The translations under genes were made by a program, and so were the position numbers. The notes under the pieces are model-generated. The model saw only the letters and a list, made by a program, of their open reading frames with translations. It did no database searches and had not been told where the DNA came from. From Octopus sinensis (taxonomy: Eukaryota): DNA of 64,000 bases. Of the stretch, positions 23,955 to 36,368 are shown one piece after another (position 1 is the stretch's first letter; every line of letters begins with the position of its first letter). Location: NCBI RefSeq assembly GCF_006345805.1, contig NC_042999.1, positions 168,330,001-168,394,000 on the forward strand. The letters are read 5' to 3'.

Positions 23955-24255
23955 TCACGTGACCGACCAGACCATCAGATGTTGTTACACATCGCTGGTC
24001 ACAATGTTTTAGCATTGTTTTAGCCTTCAAATGACGCCACCCCTCTGGCTAAGCGAGCAGGCCAACAGAAGAAAGAGTGGGAGAAAGATTGGTGAAAGAG
24101 TACAGCAGGGATCACCACACCCTGCCAGAGCCTCGTGGAGCTTAGGTGTTTAGGTGTTTTCGCTCAATAAACACTCAACGCCCGGTCTGGGAATCGAAAC
24201 TGCGATCCTGCGACCGCGAGTCCGCTGCCCTAACCACTAGGCCAATGTGCCTCCA
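23955..24255 (-). mobile_element. SINE family C2 (family C head, different tail)
   Basis: Head and middle as 7639-8027, tail ...tgaaggctaaaacaatg...ggtcggtcacgtga as 48582-48875. Confidence 0.85.
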
Positions 24256-24414
24256 CTAGGCCATGGTGCCTCCGCATCGATATATATATATCTATGTATA
24301 TATATATATATATATATGTTTGTATATATATATAAATGTATGTGTATATATATATATGTGTATATATGTGCATATATATATATGTGTGTATATGTGCGTG
24401 TGTGTGTATATATA

Positions 24415-24445
<31 letters not shown>

Positions 24446-24585
24446 TCATTTCATCTAGTTCAGCTCACGAGCTGTGGCCATGCTGATTTATATATATATA
24501 TATAAAATATAAATTAGAAATAAAGCCACTATTATGCAACTCAAACAGTGAAAGACATAAATGAAAACAAATAACAAATAAAATC

Positions 24586-25120
24586 ATCATCGTTTAATGT
24601 CCATTTTCCATGCTAGCATGGGTAGGACGGTTCAACTGGGGTCTGGGAAGCCAGAAGGCTGCACCAGACTCCAGTCTTATCTGGCAGTGTTTCTACAGCT
24701 GGATGCCCTTTCTAACGCCGACCACTCCGTGAGTGTAGTGGGTTCTTTTTATGTGCCACCGGCACAGGTGCCAGGGAAGGTTGGCAACGGCCATGATCGC
24801 CTGGTGCTTTTTACGTGCCACCGGCATGGAAGCCAGTGAAGGTGGCGCTGGCATCAGCCACATTCGGATGGTGCATTTTACATGCCACCGGCATTGTTAT
24901 CACAACTACAATTTCCATTTGATTTTTTGATGTACTTGACTCAAGCACAGCAGGTCGCCTAACGATCTAAGGTAAGCACAGCAGGCCGTCCTGCGATCCA
25001 AGGTACTTTGGATGGGCTGGGGCTTCTATGTGAAGCTGGTGCAGGAAAACAGCCATGAACTCACATTATTTGTTGGGTCTTCACAGTCACAGCATATCTC
25101 CAGAGGTCTCGGTCTTTCGT
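24586..25120 (-). mobile_element. RTE 3' end including the last codons, divergent subfamily
   Basis: Minus strand TKDRDLWRYAVTVKTQ, then the 3' UTR repeats and terminus. Confidence 0.8.
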
Positions 25121-25129
25121 CATATTTAT

Positions 25130-25860
25130 ATAAAACACATAACTAGATCTCAAAAAGAGACACATAGAATATGGAATAAAATGTGCCAAGGAACTCAACA
25201 ATAATACACTGAAAACCACCCATCATAGTAACACACCCAACCTCAAAATACTTCTATACATTTCCTCCCACAACCCCTAAAACAGCAAAGCATACACCAC
25301 AATCATACAAAACCTCCCCTTACTGTCCACAGACCCAAAAATGAATAATATTCTCAATACACATAAAATTCTTAAATGCAAAAGACAACATAAATCATTG
25401 AAAAAACTCTTAACAAATGCCAAACTTTATACACCACATCCACCCCCATCAGTTAAAAAATGTGCATGCCCTAAGTGTGGTACCTGCCTGTTCCTACTTG
25501 AAGGCTCTGAATTTACTTTCAAACAAGGAACAAAGTTTAAATCAAGACCAACTTCTCTTGCTCCTCCGAGAACCTCATCTACGTTCTTACATGCGCCAAT
25601 TGCCAACACAATTATATCAGACAAACGAGCCTTCCTTTATGAAGAAGAAATAGCAGTCCATAAAGAACCGATAAATCTCCCACAATACCGTCAAATTCCA
25701 CGCAGTAGACTGTTGCACCAGAAATAAAAATCCCAAATTTCATATATTCCCTTTCTATCAATGTAAAGACAGAATCTCTACACAAGAAAGAATCAACAAG
25801 GAGAATCTTTTTATTGAAAAATTCCAGACACATCTTAATTTGCAAACTCCACTTTGACCG
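25130..25860 (+). pseudogene. Penelope-like element, decayed GIY-YIG endonuclease region
   Basis: Frameshifted translation: SHNP, KKCACPKCGTC, TNFSCSSENLIYVLTCANCQHNYIRQT (GIY-YIG-type motif with CxxC), PKFHIFPFYQC, ERINKENLFIEKFQTHLN. Confidence 0.85.
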
Positions 25861-26112
25861 TATTCCTTTTTCTGGCATTCTTTCTGACAAAAAATAGATA
25901 TAAGCATTCCAATTAAAGAGTATAAAATCTACAGAATTGTCTCCCCTTACTCACAGGAACCGGATAACTCATACCCCATTTCCTGTTTTGACACGCAAAC
26001 ATCCAACCTTTTCAAACAAAACACTACACTTAAACACAAGCATCCTAATCCTCCAAAGAAGTTTTCCATGGACTAATATTGAACTCTAAAAGCATAAAGA
26101 CACTAAAATGTA

Positions 26113-26529
26113 TTACTCTTTACTCTTTTACTTGTTTCAGTCATTTGACTGTGGCCATGCTGGAGCACCGCCTTTAGTCGAGCAAATCGACCCCGGGACT
26201 TTTCTTTGTAAGCCCAGTACTTATTCTATCGGGTCTCTTTTGCCAAACCGCTAAGTGACGGGGACGTAAACACACAGCACATGGGTTGTCAAGCAATGCT
26301 AGGGGACAAACAAACACATACGCACAAACACACAACACTACAGATATATATATATATTACATATATACGACAGGCTTCTTTCAGTTTCCGTCTACCAAAT
26401 CCACTCACAAGGCATTGGTCGGCCGGGGCTATAGTAGAAGACACTTGCCCAAGATGCACGCAGTGCGGACTGAACCCGGAAACCATGTGGTTGGTTAGCA
26501 AGCTACTTACCACACAGCCACTCCTGCGT
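26113..26529 (-). mobile_element. SINE family A, young subfamily
   Basis: Full head-to-tail match to 16292-16704 and 41280-41684. Confidence 0.9.
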
Positions 26530-26809
26530 CTTATACTTACTTATTAATTTTTGTATATATTTATTATATTTTTGAAAAAACATTGTAAATTTCTTTTTTC
26601 CCCCTCATCAATTTAAAAAAAAATTTTTTTCCCTTCAAAATCTTCAAAATTTGCCTTGCAATAAAAGCTGATTTGATTTCCTTTTCTTAAATTTTTCATA
26701 CACTCATTTTTATTAAAATTTACTTTCAGTTTAGCACTCTGCCCTATTATTTTTTCCTCTCTTATCATTTTTCCACGTGTAATTAACACAAACCACAGTT
26801 CCTGACTTA

Positions 26810-26846
<37 letters not shown>

Positions 26847-26893
26847 TACTGTATGTATATATATGTATGATAATATGTGTGTGTGTATATATA

Positions 26894-27314
26894 GGCGCAG
26901 GAGTGGCTGTGTGGTAAGTGAGCTTGCTAACCAACCACATGGTTCCGGGTTCAGTCCCACTGCGTGGCATCTTGGGCAAGTGTTTTCTGCTATAGCCCCG
27001 GGCCGACCAATGCCTTGTGAGTGGATTGGTAGATGGAAACTGAAAGAAGCCTGTCGTATATATGTATATATATATAAGTGTGGCTGTATTGTGGTGTCTG
27101 TGTTTGTCCCCCTAGCATTGCTTGACAACCGATGCTGGTGTGTGTTTACGTCCCCGTCACTTAGCGGTTCGGCAAAAGAGACGACGAGTAGAATAAGTAC
27201 TGGGCTTACAAAGAATAAGTCCGGGTTCGATTGCTCCTCGACTAAAGGCGGTGCTCCAGCATGGCCGCAGTCAAAATGACTGAAACAAGTAAAAGAGTAA
27301 AGAGAGAAAGAGTA
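26894..27314 (+). mobile_element. SINE family A, young subfamily
   Basis: ggcgcaggagtggctgtgtgg ... ctgaaacaagtaaaagagta. Confidence 0.9.
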
Positions 27315-27774
27315 ATATATATATATATGTGTGTATATATGTGTGTGTGTATATATATGTGTGTGTATATATATATATATATATTATATATATATATATT
27401 ATATATATATTTATATATATATAATCGAGTGAAAAAGCGGTATGGACGATTTGTTTTGTTTTCTCACTTTGCTATATATGACTATGAGGATTTGCATCCC
27501 CAACGAAACTTGTCTTTTTCCCAAACTTCTTCTCAAACCTGCTATAATGTAATACATGTCTTTGGTGTGGTAATTGTGCGTGTCTGCTGAACAAAGCTAC
27601 AGTTACGTCAATTATGCATTGATATAAACGTGCCAATAAAGCCAGAAAACATATGTACCACTAAGTCCTTAGCATCCTGTTTTTCTTTTTTGATAAATAT
27701 ACCTATCACCTACACCACTAAACGGCATATATACAAGTGTCTTACAGTATCAAGTATTCACCCCTGAAATTTTT

Positions 27775-28885
27775 GTGCATATATATATATATTGTGTGTG
27801 TGGTATATAAGTATAATATATTATATATATGTATATATATGTATATATATGTATATATATGTATTATAAGCTAGATATATATGTATGTGTCTATATATAT
27901 ATATGTATATATATATATTTGTATGTATATAATATGTAAGTATGTGTATATTATATGTATGTATGTATGTGTATATATATATGTATGTATATATATAATG
28001 TATATATATATGTATATATATATATATATGTATATATATGTATATACGTATAATATATATATGTATTTATGTATATATATATATATGTTAAACGTATATA
28101 TTGTATAATATATATAATATGTATATATATATATATAGATATATATGGATATATATATGTATACATATTATTATATGTTGTATATGTTATATATATGTGT
28201 ATGTATATGTATATATGTATATGTATATATATTGATATATATATGTATATGTGTGATTATATATGTAGTGTGTATAGCTATAATATATGTATATATATAT
28301 GTATGTATGTATATATATATATGTATGTATATATATATAGTATATATTATGGATATATATGTATGTATGTATAATATATATATGTATGTTATATATAATA
28401 TATATGTAATATATATGTTTATAATATATATTATATGTATATTATATATATATAGTATGTATATATATATATATGTATGTATATGTTATATATATGTATA
28501 TATATGTGTATATATAGTGTATATATGTATATAGGATATGGATATATATTATGTATATAGTAAGGTAGGAATATTATATGTATATTATATGATGGTGTAT
28601 ATATGTAGTATATATATGTTATAGATAGATAGTTATATGTATGTAATAATGATATAATATTATATATGCAATAGTATATTAATATATATATATATTCTAA
28701 TAGTATATATTGATTACCCTATATATTATATAATATTAAATATATATCTATGCCATATATATATGATATATATATATAATATATATATATTATAATATTA
28801 TTGACATCTTATATATATATAGTAAATATATATATAATATATTATTATTATATATTATATATATGCATATATATATAATATATAG
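27775..28885. repeat. Long degenerate (TA)n/(TATG)n microsatellite
   Basis: Direct inspection; unusually irregular. Confidence 0.9.
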
Positions 28886-29340
28886 GGCCGGAGCGTGGAG
28901 TAGTAGTAGTTGCCTACCAACCACATTTCGGGTTCCGTGCCATTGCATAAGTGTGCAACCAGCACACACACATGTCCGGCCAGATATAGCCCACTCAGAG
29001 ACCTGCACAGCCGACGCGCAACCACAGTGACTAGCCGCTGCAGGATGAGCGACACTAGGTGACCATGTGACTGTAGAGATATGGGTATAGTGTGGTGATT
29101 GAGGTAGAAGACAACTATGCCCAAGAAGCCCGAATTATACATATATATATATATATATAATGCATGTGTGAGTTGTGTGAGTCGTATGTCAGGTCCATCC
29201 ATATAGCATGTGCTTGACAACCGATGAGTGGTGTTTATGTCCCGTCACTTAACGGTTCGGCACACATAGAGAGACTAGTGAGAATAAGTAGGGCGTACAA
29301 AGAATAAAGTCCGAGCAGTTGCCTACTAGAAGGCAATTGC
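28885..29340 (+). mobile_element. SINE family A, heavily garbled copy
   Basis: Islands cctaccaaccacat, cttgacaaccgatg, gtcacttaacggttcggc, agaataagta, tacaaagaataa occur in the expected order. Confidence 0.6.
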
Positions 29341-30348
29341 TTCCAGAATATAACACATAGGTAAAGAGTCACATCTCCACCGAGACCGAGCGCCGAACCA
29401 ATGATTATATAGATGCAGGGATAGAGCTATATAGCACTAGATATATTATTTATGCACCCGCCATATAGTATTAATAATTCTATATATATATGTATATATA
29501 TGTATGTATCGCTCTATATCTAGTACTATATGTTGCTGGTATACTTAGCATGCGCATCAATATCGTTATGTAGGCAATAATATATAATATGTAAATGAGT
29601 TATACGAATCTCATAGTTAAGCGTACGACATATGAAAGAGGAGACTAGCCACGTGCCCTCTACCAGCCCATTAGCGGCAACATTTTGAAAGGGAGCCAGA
29701 CGACTGGTCCAGTCAGCAGCGACACCTGCACAAGCACTGACTACGCGTGCCATTGATAAGGAGGCAAACAATCCTGAACAAGTTGCGTTCGCTGTAGCTG
29801 TCTGACGGCCAGGATGAAGAGGGCTTGACCTCCCTTGTTCGACGGTTTATATATGGAACAGTTTGTGTGTCAATTAGCTAGCTTTAGGCGATGGCCTCAT
29901 GGAGCTAATCAGCGACAGCTTTAGTCTTATATTTATAAGACTGCCATATTAGTATGGGCGATAACTATTAATTTCCAGTAAACGCTGTCGTTAATCTCCT
30001 GTTAGAGAGGATTAGTAATTTTATATTTCTATTATATGTATATATATGTATATAAAGTTAATCCAAACATGAAAACACAAAGAGAAAACACAACAACGCG
30101 AGGACGTGGAACAAATATATTATTATTGGACACTCAATAGTATTATTGGACACTCAGGAGCTCTTCGTCAGAAACATAGGAAAAAGAAGGATCCAAAGAA
30201 GGGAAAACGGAGGAAAAAAATCGCAATGGTACACAGGCGGTCACATATATATATATATATATATATACATATATATATGTATATATACATATGTATATAT
30301 ATATATGTATATATATATATATGTATATAAATATATGTATATATATAT

Positions 30349-31243
30349 TTTTACGACGTGCCGTCGCTCAACTCAACTCAGGACCCTAAGTCGAGCGACG
30401 ACGATTACGCTCAGTCAAATCGGAGGTCCACCACTGAAAGCGGGGGGTTGGGCAGCGAACACAAACCAGTGACTGGAGACAACAACAACAAAGGAAGAGA
30501 GACAGCTTCTTACAATTAACAACAGTTTATATGATTTTTACCTCAATTAAACGTAATACATTTCAAATACATTTAACAGATCGTACAGAGTTAACAAAAA
30601 CAATTAATGGCATTCAGCAAAATACAACGTCCGATAAGAATCAGTTGACATGCACAATACAGAATTTGGAAAACAATCAAAACAAAGTCTTTCTCTTTTC
30701 TTTTCCTTCTTCCTTCTGACACAATGTTCTTTTCATTTTAGAAACACATCTTACAGTTCTTTTTTTTTTAAACAGATTACACATTCTTTTTACAGAGTCT
30801 CTTTTTTAAACATCATAATTCAACATTAAAGTCCAAACACAAATCGAAACATAAACAACAATACCATCAACACCTCCTGAACATCACAAAACTCTACTAT
30901 AAGTAGTCCAGCTTCTTCGCTGTCATCCTTTTCTCTATCTCTCGCCTGCCAATTTTTCAATCTTCTCTGCCTGTCTTCCTCGCCCCTTGCCAATTCTCAT
31001 CCCCTGGCTGGCTGTCTGCATCGACTCGCCGTCGCAACTGAACTCTTCCCCGACCTTTCGCTGTCTGATCTCTCTAACACCAGCTCGTCGCATTTTAAAG
31101 GGTGGCATTCGCATTTTTTCCTACCCTCATTATTTACTGTTGCCGTTGACAAGACAAAGGACCATTATTTTTTTCCCCGACGGTCCGACTCCAACCAACG
31201 GAACTAGGTCACAGCGCTTTTCCCATTTTTCACCTCTGTAACA
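30349..31243 (-). mobile_element. Solo LTR (Gypsy-like inferred)
   Basis: Ends t(t)ttac...gtaaca with ATAT on both flanks; homologous to 36365, 40705 and 44143 (shared ctagttccgttggttggagt). Confidence 0.7.
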
Positions 31244-31298
31244 ATATGTATAGATAGATGTATATATATATGTATACTATATATATATATAATATATA

Positions 31299-31333
<35 letters not shown>

Positions 31334-31779
31334 ATATATAATATATGATATAGTATATATTATATATATATATGTATATATGTATGTTATATATATGTAT
31401 ATATGTATATAGATATGGATGTATATATGTACTATATATGGATGGATGATATGTATATAATATATGGATGTATATATGTATATATATATGGATGTATATA
31501 TGGATATATATATGGATGTATATATGATATATATATGGATATTATATATAGTAATATATATGTATATATGTATAATATATGGATATATATAGTATATAGA
31601 ATGGATAGATATATGGTACCATATAATGTTATATATATATGTATGTATAGGTATATATTATATATATATGTATTTATAATCTATATATATAATATATATG
31701 TAATATATATATATGTATTTATATATATATATATATATAATATATATAATATATAATATATATTATGTATATATATTCT

Positions 31780-32312
31780 CATCATCACGTTTTTAACGTC
31801 CGGTTCTGCATGGTAGCATGGGTTGGACGGTTCGACCGGGGATCTGGGAACAAGAAGGCTGCACCAGGCTCCGGTCTTATCTGGCAATGTTTCTACAGCT
31901 GGATGCCCTTATAACGCCAACCACTCCGTGAGTGTAGTGGGTGCTTTTTACGTGCCACCTGCATGGGCCAGGCGAGGCTGGCACGGCCACGGTCAGATTG
32001 GTGCCATTTATGTGCCACCTGCACGGAAGCCAGTCGAGGTGGCACTGGCTTCGGCACGATTCGATGCGTGCTTTTACGTGACACCGACACGGAAGCCAGT
32101 CGAGGCGGCCGCTGGCATCGGCCACGATTCGGATAGTGCTTTTACGTATCTCCAGTCCAGGGGTCCTGGCATCTGCGGGGTGCCAGTCATAGGATTGTTT
32201 CAATTTCGATTCCGTTCACTTGCCCCAACAGGTCTTCGCAAGCATAGGTGCCTGTCGTCGGATGAAGTTCGATATCGACTTCGCTTGCCTCAACAGGTCT
32301 TTATGTGTCCTT
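31780..32312 (-). mobile_element. RTE 3' UTR fragment
   Basis: Matches 21446-21870, including gtcgtcggatga...gcttgcctcaacaggtc. Confidence 0.85.
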
Positions 32313-32536
32313 GTTCTTTTAATTTTCTTTCTTATATTCCTAATTTATTTTCACAATTATATTCTCCACTCAAACTGTGGTCTCTATGCATTCTGATAGA
32401 ATCTTCTGTAGGTTAACATGTGCTTCCTAACTTCATTTCATCAAGAAACCCTTGGCCTGATGAATAGCCTGTGGTATACACCTCGCATGGATATTTACCA
32501 CTTCTGAGGTTCCGCTCTCTATGAAACATATGTAGC

Positions 32537-32577
<41 letters not shown>

Positions 32578-32579
<2 letters not shown>

Positions 32580-33345
32580 TGTCCGCTGTCAGCCTCGTCT
32601 GGCCACCCGTGCCGGTGATACGTAAAAGCCACCATTCACTCGTGGCCGTTGCCAGCTCTGCCTGGCCCCCGTGTGGTGGCACGTAAAAGCACCATCCGTT
32701 TGTGTTCGTTGCAGCCTCGCTGGGCCCCGTGCCGGTGACACGTAAAAGCACCGTCCGTTCGTGGCCGTTTGCCAGCTCTGTCTTGCCCCGTGTCGGTGGC
32801 ACGTAAAAGCACCATCCGTTCGTGTCCATTGCAGCCTCGGAGGGCCCCCGTGCCGGTGACACGTAAAAGCACCATCCGTTCGTGGCCGTTTGCCAGCTCT
32901 GTCTGGCCCCGTGTCGGTGGCACGTAAAAGCACCTTCCGTTCGTGTTGTTGTCAGCCTCGGCTGGCCCCCGTGCCGGTGACACAAAAGCACCGTCCGTTC
33001 GTGGCCGTTTGCCAGCTCTGTCTGGCCCGTGTCGGTAGCACGTAAAAGCACCATCCGTTCGTGTCCGTTGCCAGCATCGCCTGGGCCCCGTGCTGGTGAC
33101 ACGTAAAAGCACCATTCGTTCGTGGCCGTTTTGCCAGCTCTGTCTGGCACCTGTGCAGGTGGCACGTAAAAACACCCACTACACTCGCAGAGTGTTGGCG
33201 TTAGGAAGGGCATCCAGCCGTTAGAAACACTGCCAGATCTGACTGGGCCTGACGAAGCCTTCCAGCTTCACAGACCCCAGTTGACCCGTCCAACCCATGC
33301 TAGCATGGAAAGCGACGCTAAATGATGATGATGATGAGGATGATG
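32578..33345 (+). repeat. RTE 3' UTR with an expanded array of about 60-bp units (9 full units plus terminal unit, alternating A/B)
   Basis: Ten occurrences of the cacgtaaaagcacc-type core at about 60-bp spacing, then the RTE terminus and (GAT)n. Confidence 0.9.
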
Positions 33346-33565
33346 ATATATATGTATATGTATATATATGTATATGTATATATATGTATATGTATATATA
33401 TATATGTATATATATATATGTATATATATGTATATGTATATATATATATATGTATATGTATATAGGTATATGTATATATATATATATAATATATATGTAT
33501 ATATATATAATATATATATATATATGTTATATATATAATATATATATATATAATGTAATATTATA

Positions 33566-36290
33566 TTTTATCTAGTTTCAGCTCACAGTTGTGGCCATGC
33601 TGGGGCACCGCCATTCAGTGTTGCTACATGATTTTACTTCACGAATGCTTTTTAGCAATTGCCATTTGGTGCATGAGAGAGTTCGATGCAGCTGCCCTCA
33701 TCTGCACCTCCTGTCGTGAAGTTGGTTCATCTAGGACACCTGACAGGAAGAGATCCAGTTTTATTTTAAAGACATCTGCATCCACCCCATGCAGGTCTCT
33801 CAAGTCCTTCAGGAGGATATTGAAGAGCTGTGGACCTCTGAAGCCCAGGCTATCACAGGATCTTGTCCTACATCTTGATGGCAAATTTAGAGTCCTTGGC
33901 CCTATGCAGTGGCGCCCAGTTCTGGCATTTGTGTAACTCTCGATGCCAAAGTTTGGGACAAGTCCTTCTAGGATCTTCCAGATGTATATTATGGCATATC
34001 TTTCTCGCCTATGTTCCAAAGAATAGAGTCTCAATCTCTTGAGTCTTTCCCAATAGCTTATATGCTGCACAGAGGCTATCTTCTTCGTGTAGCTTTGTTG
34101 GATCACCTCAAGTTCTGTGATTAACTTGACCCTGGATGGTGACCATAGCTGAGAGCAATAGTCAAAGTGGCTTAGGATAAGTGTCCTCCAGAGGACCATC
34201 ATGGTTTCCTGGTCTCTTGTTCTAAAGGTTCTAAGAATCCATCCGGTCAGCCGCCTACATTTCATTGCCAATTTAGCAACATGCACATGAAAGGTTGCAT
34301 CATCACTCATGTAAATACCCAGGTCTCGCACTGATTGTACCTCCGGGATTGCAATCCCTCCAGGTCCAGTGTATTTATTGGGTAATGCATTTAGTTTTGC
34401 ATGCTGATAGCATAAAGCTTGAAACTTTCCAGCATTGAACTGCATGCTATTCTTTTCAGCCCACTTGTATATTTTGTCCAGCTCACATTGCAGGTGCTTA
34501 GTGGCTTCAGGTTTCTGTATTGCCCGTGAAACTTTTGTATCATCTGCATAACTTGTGATCGTGGCTCTCTGCATGGCTGAGGGCATGTCTGAGAGGGCCA
34601 TTATGAACAGTAGTGGTCCCAGAACAGTGCCTTGCGGAACACCGCTCACTATTTGCGTGTTAATGGAAGTGGCCCCATTGGTTGCTACCACCTGACTTCT
34701 ATCCTTCAGAAAGTCATGAAGCCATTCTCCCAATTTTCCAAGTATGCCAAGATCACGCAGTTTGTGACATATCATTCCATGATCGACTTTATCAAAGGCC
34801 TTTGCAAAGTCGAGATATATCACTTCCACATTTGAGTGGTTGAGCAGTTGTTTCAGCACCCAATCATAGTGTTGTAGGAGCTGAGTTAGGCAGCTTCTTC
34901 CTGGTCGGAAACCATGTTGGGTGTCAGGCAGCAAGTCATTTTCTTCAAGGAAAGCGATTAGTTTCCTTCTGACTATTCGTTCCATGACCTTGCTGATGTG
35001 TGAGGTCATAGAGATAGGTCTGTAGTTCTTGGCCTCCGCTCTGCTACCTCCTTTATGAATAGGGCATATTTGACCTTCCTTCAGTTTTCTTGGAAGTTTG
35101 CCAGTTGCAAGGAAGCTCTGAAAGAGGAACTGCAGTGGTCTTGCTAGGACTCTCTTACATACTTTTAGGAGGATTGCTGGGAATTCATCTGGGCCAGTAG
35201 CTGAGTTTGTGTTCATTTCATCTATAGCCTTTATTACATTGTCTTCCTTTATATTGATGTAATCAATCATCGTTGCCTCTGATTTTATATCTGCAGTGGT
35301 AAAGAAGTCAGTTGGATTGCTGACTTGAAAATGCCCTAGGGATGGAGTGAAAATACTTTTGAATTGCTCATTCAGTATTTCACTTATCCTCATTGGATTT
35401 CCTGTGAGTGTACCATCTTTTTCAAGGAGTGGCCCTATCCTACAGTGCACCGTTGCTGTTTCTTTGGCAAACTTGTAGAAAGTTCTGGGGTTAGATTTTA
35501 TGTTGTCTATAGCCCAGGCTTCTTTGTCTGCTCTTTCTTTTTCATGGGAGAGTTGCAGATATTTTTCAATTTCCAACAGTTTTATTTTCAGGCGGGACTT
35601 TTCACTGCTTTCAATTTGTTTGTTTAGGCGATTTGAAACTTTTGTATGCTGTCTCATAAGAATTTTCCTCTCTCTGGGGATTTTGTTCTTGAGTACAGTG
35701 GCCTTTCTCTCTTGGACACATTTGTAGCATATGGCTTGCATTACAGACGGGAATTGTTGAAGTTTCATGTCGATGTCTGGTGAGGAGAGACATTCAGGCC
35801 AGTTTTGTTTGAGGATCTCTTTCTCAATTTGTTTCCAGTTTGCCTTATGGAAGTTCAAGCTGGAAAGATTCTGAGAGTTTCTTGTAGACTGCATGTCCAT
35901 GCGTTCCTTTGGCTCGTACATGGTCAACTCTACCATGTTGTGATCCGAGAGTAGTGTCGGTGTCACTTTCACATTGTGGATGAGATCCATATTATTTGTG
36001 AAGCAGAGATCCAGTATGTTACCTGCCCTGGTTGGTTGGAGTATTATTTGCTCCATGTACAGAGTGTTGATGAGGTTCAGGAGGGACCTCGCCTGTCCTC
36101 GTTCACATCGTGTCATTCCTAGGAGAGAAAGGCCCTCGGGCCATCTGACATTTGTCAGATTGAAGTCTCTCGTAAGAAGCACACTTAGTGTTGTTCTAAT
36201 GTGACTAGAACTTCTACTTTTGTAAGGCAGTCTTCAAACTTGCCTACATGACTTGGAGCATCTATAGGGCGATATGTAGCACATAGGACT
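33566..36290 (-). mobile_element. 5'-truncated CR1/Jockey-group LINE with an intact 3' tail
   Basis: Contains the 847-aa ORF; 3' tail ggcggtgccccagcatggccacaactgtgagctgaaactaga. Confidence 0.95.
33639..36182 (-). CDS. LINE ORF2 remnant: C-terminal APE endonuclease plus RT, uninterrupted for 847 codons
   Basis: RDFN (for GDFN), ILDLCFT, LSDHNMV, NYRPISMT, QHGFRPGRSCLTQL, YLDFAKAFDKV, PQGTVLGP, YADDTK, VRDLG; the N-terminal half of the endonuclease is absent. Confidence 0.9.
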   Translation of the reverse strand: MLLTRDFNLTNVRWPEGLSLLGMTRCERGQARSLLNLINTLYMEQIILQPTRAGNILDLCFTNNMDLIHNVKVTPTLLSDHNMVELTMYEPKERMDMQSTRNSQNLSSLNFHKANWKQIEKEILKQNWPECLSSPDIDMKLQQFPSVMQAICYKCVQERKATVLKNKIPRERKILMRQHTKVSNRLNKQIESSEKSRLKIKLLEIEKYLQLSHEKERADKEAWAIDNIKSNPRTFYKFAKETATVHCRIGPLLEKDGTLTGNPMRISEILNEQFKSIFTPSLGHFQVSNPTDFFTTADIKSEATMIDYINIKEDNVIKAIDEMNTNSATGPDEFPAILLKVCKRVLARPLQFLFQSFLATGKLPRKLKEGQICPIHKGGSRAEAKNYRPISMTSHISKVMERIVRRKLIAFLEENDLLPDTQHGFRPGRSCLTQLLQHYDWVLKQLLNHSNVEVIYLDFAKAFDKVDHGMICHKLRDLGILGKLGEWLHDFLKDRSQVVATNGATSINTQIVSGVPQGTVLGPLLFIMALSDMPSAMQRATITSYADDTKVSRAIQKPEATKHLQCELDKIYKWAEKNSMQFNAGKFQALCYQHAKLNALPNKYTGPGGIAIPEVQSVRDLGIYMSDDATFHVHVAKLAMKCRRLTGWILRTFRTRDQETMMVLWRTLILSHFDYCSQLWSPSRVKLITELEVIQQSYTKKIASVQHISYWERLKRLRLYSLEHRRERYAIIYIWKILEGLVPNFGIESYTNARTGRHCIGPRTLNLPSRCRTRSCDSLGFRGPQLFNILLKDLRDLHGVDADVFKIKLDLFLSGVLDEPTSRQEVQMRAAASNSLMHQMAIAKKHS

Positions 36291-36313
36291 ATATATGTGT
36301 ATAAGTATATATA

Positions 36314-36364
<51 letters not shown>

Positions 36365-36368
<4 letters not shown>

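Noticed and set aside
32578-33180. Regular repeat-spacer pattern resembling a CRISPR array
   Set aside because: The spacers are homologous to each other, the array is continuous with the RTE terminus, no cas genes are present, and the DNA is eukaryotic.
31823-33213. ORFs of 197, 266 and 179 aa
   Set aside because: They are translations of RTE 3' UTR repeat units with no protein motifs.
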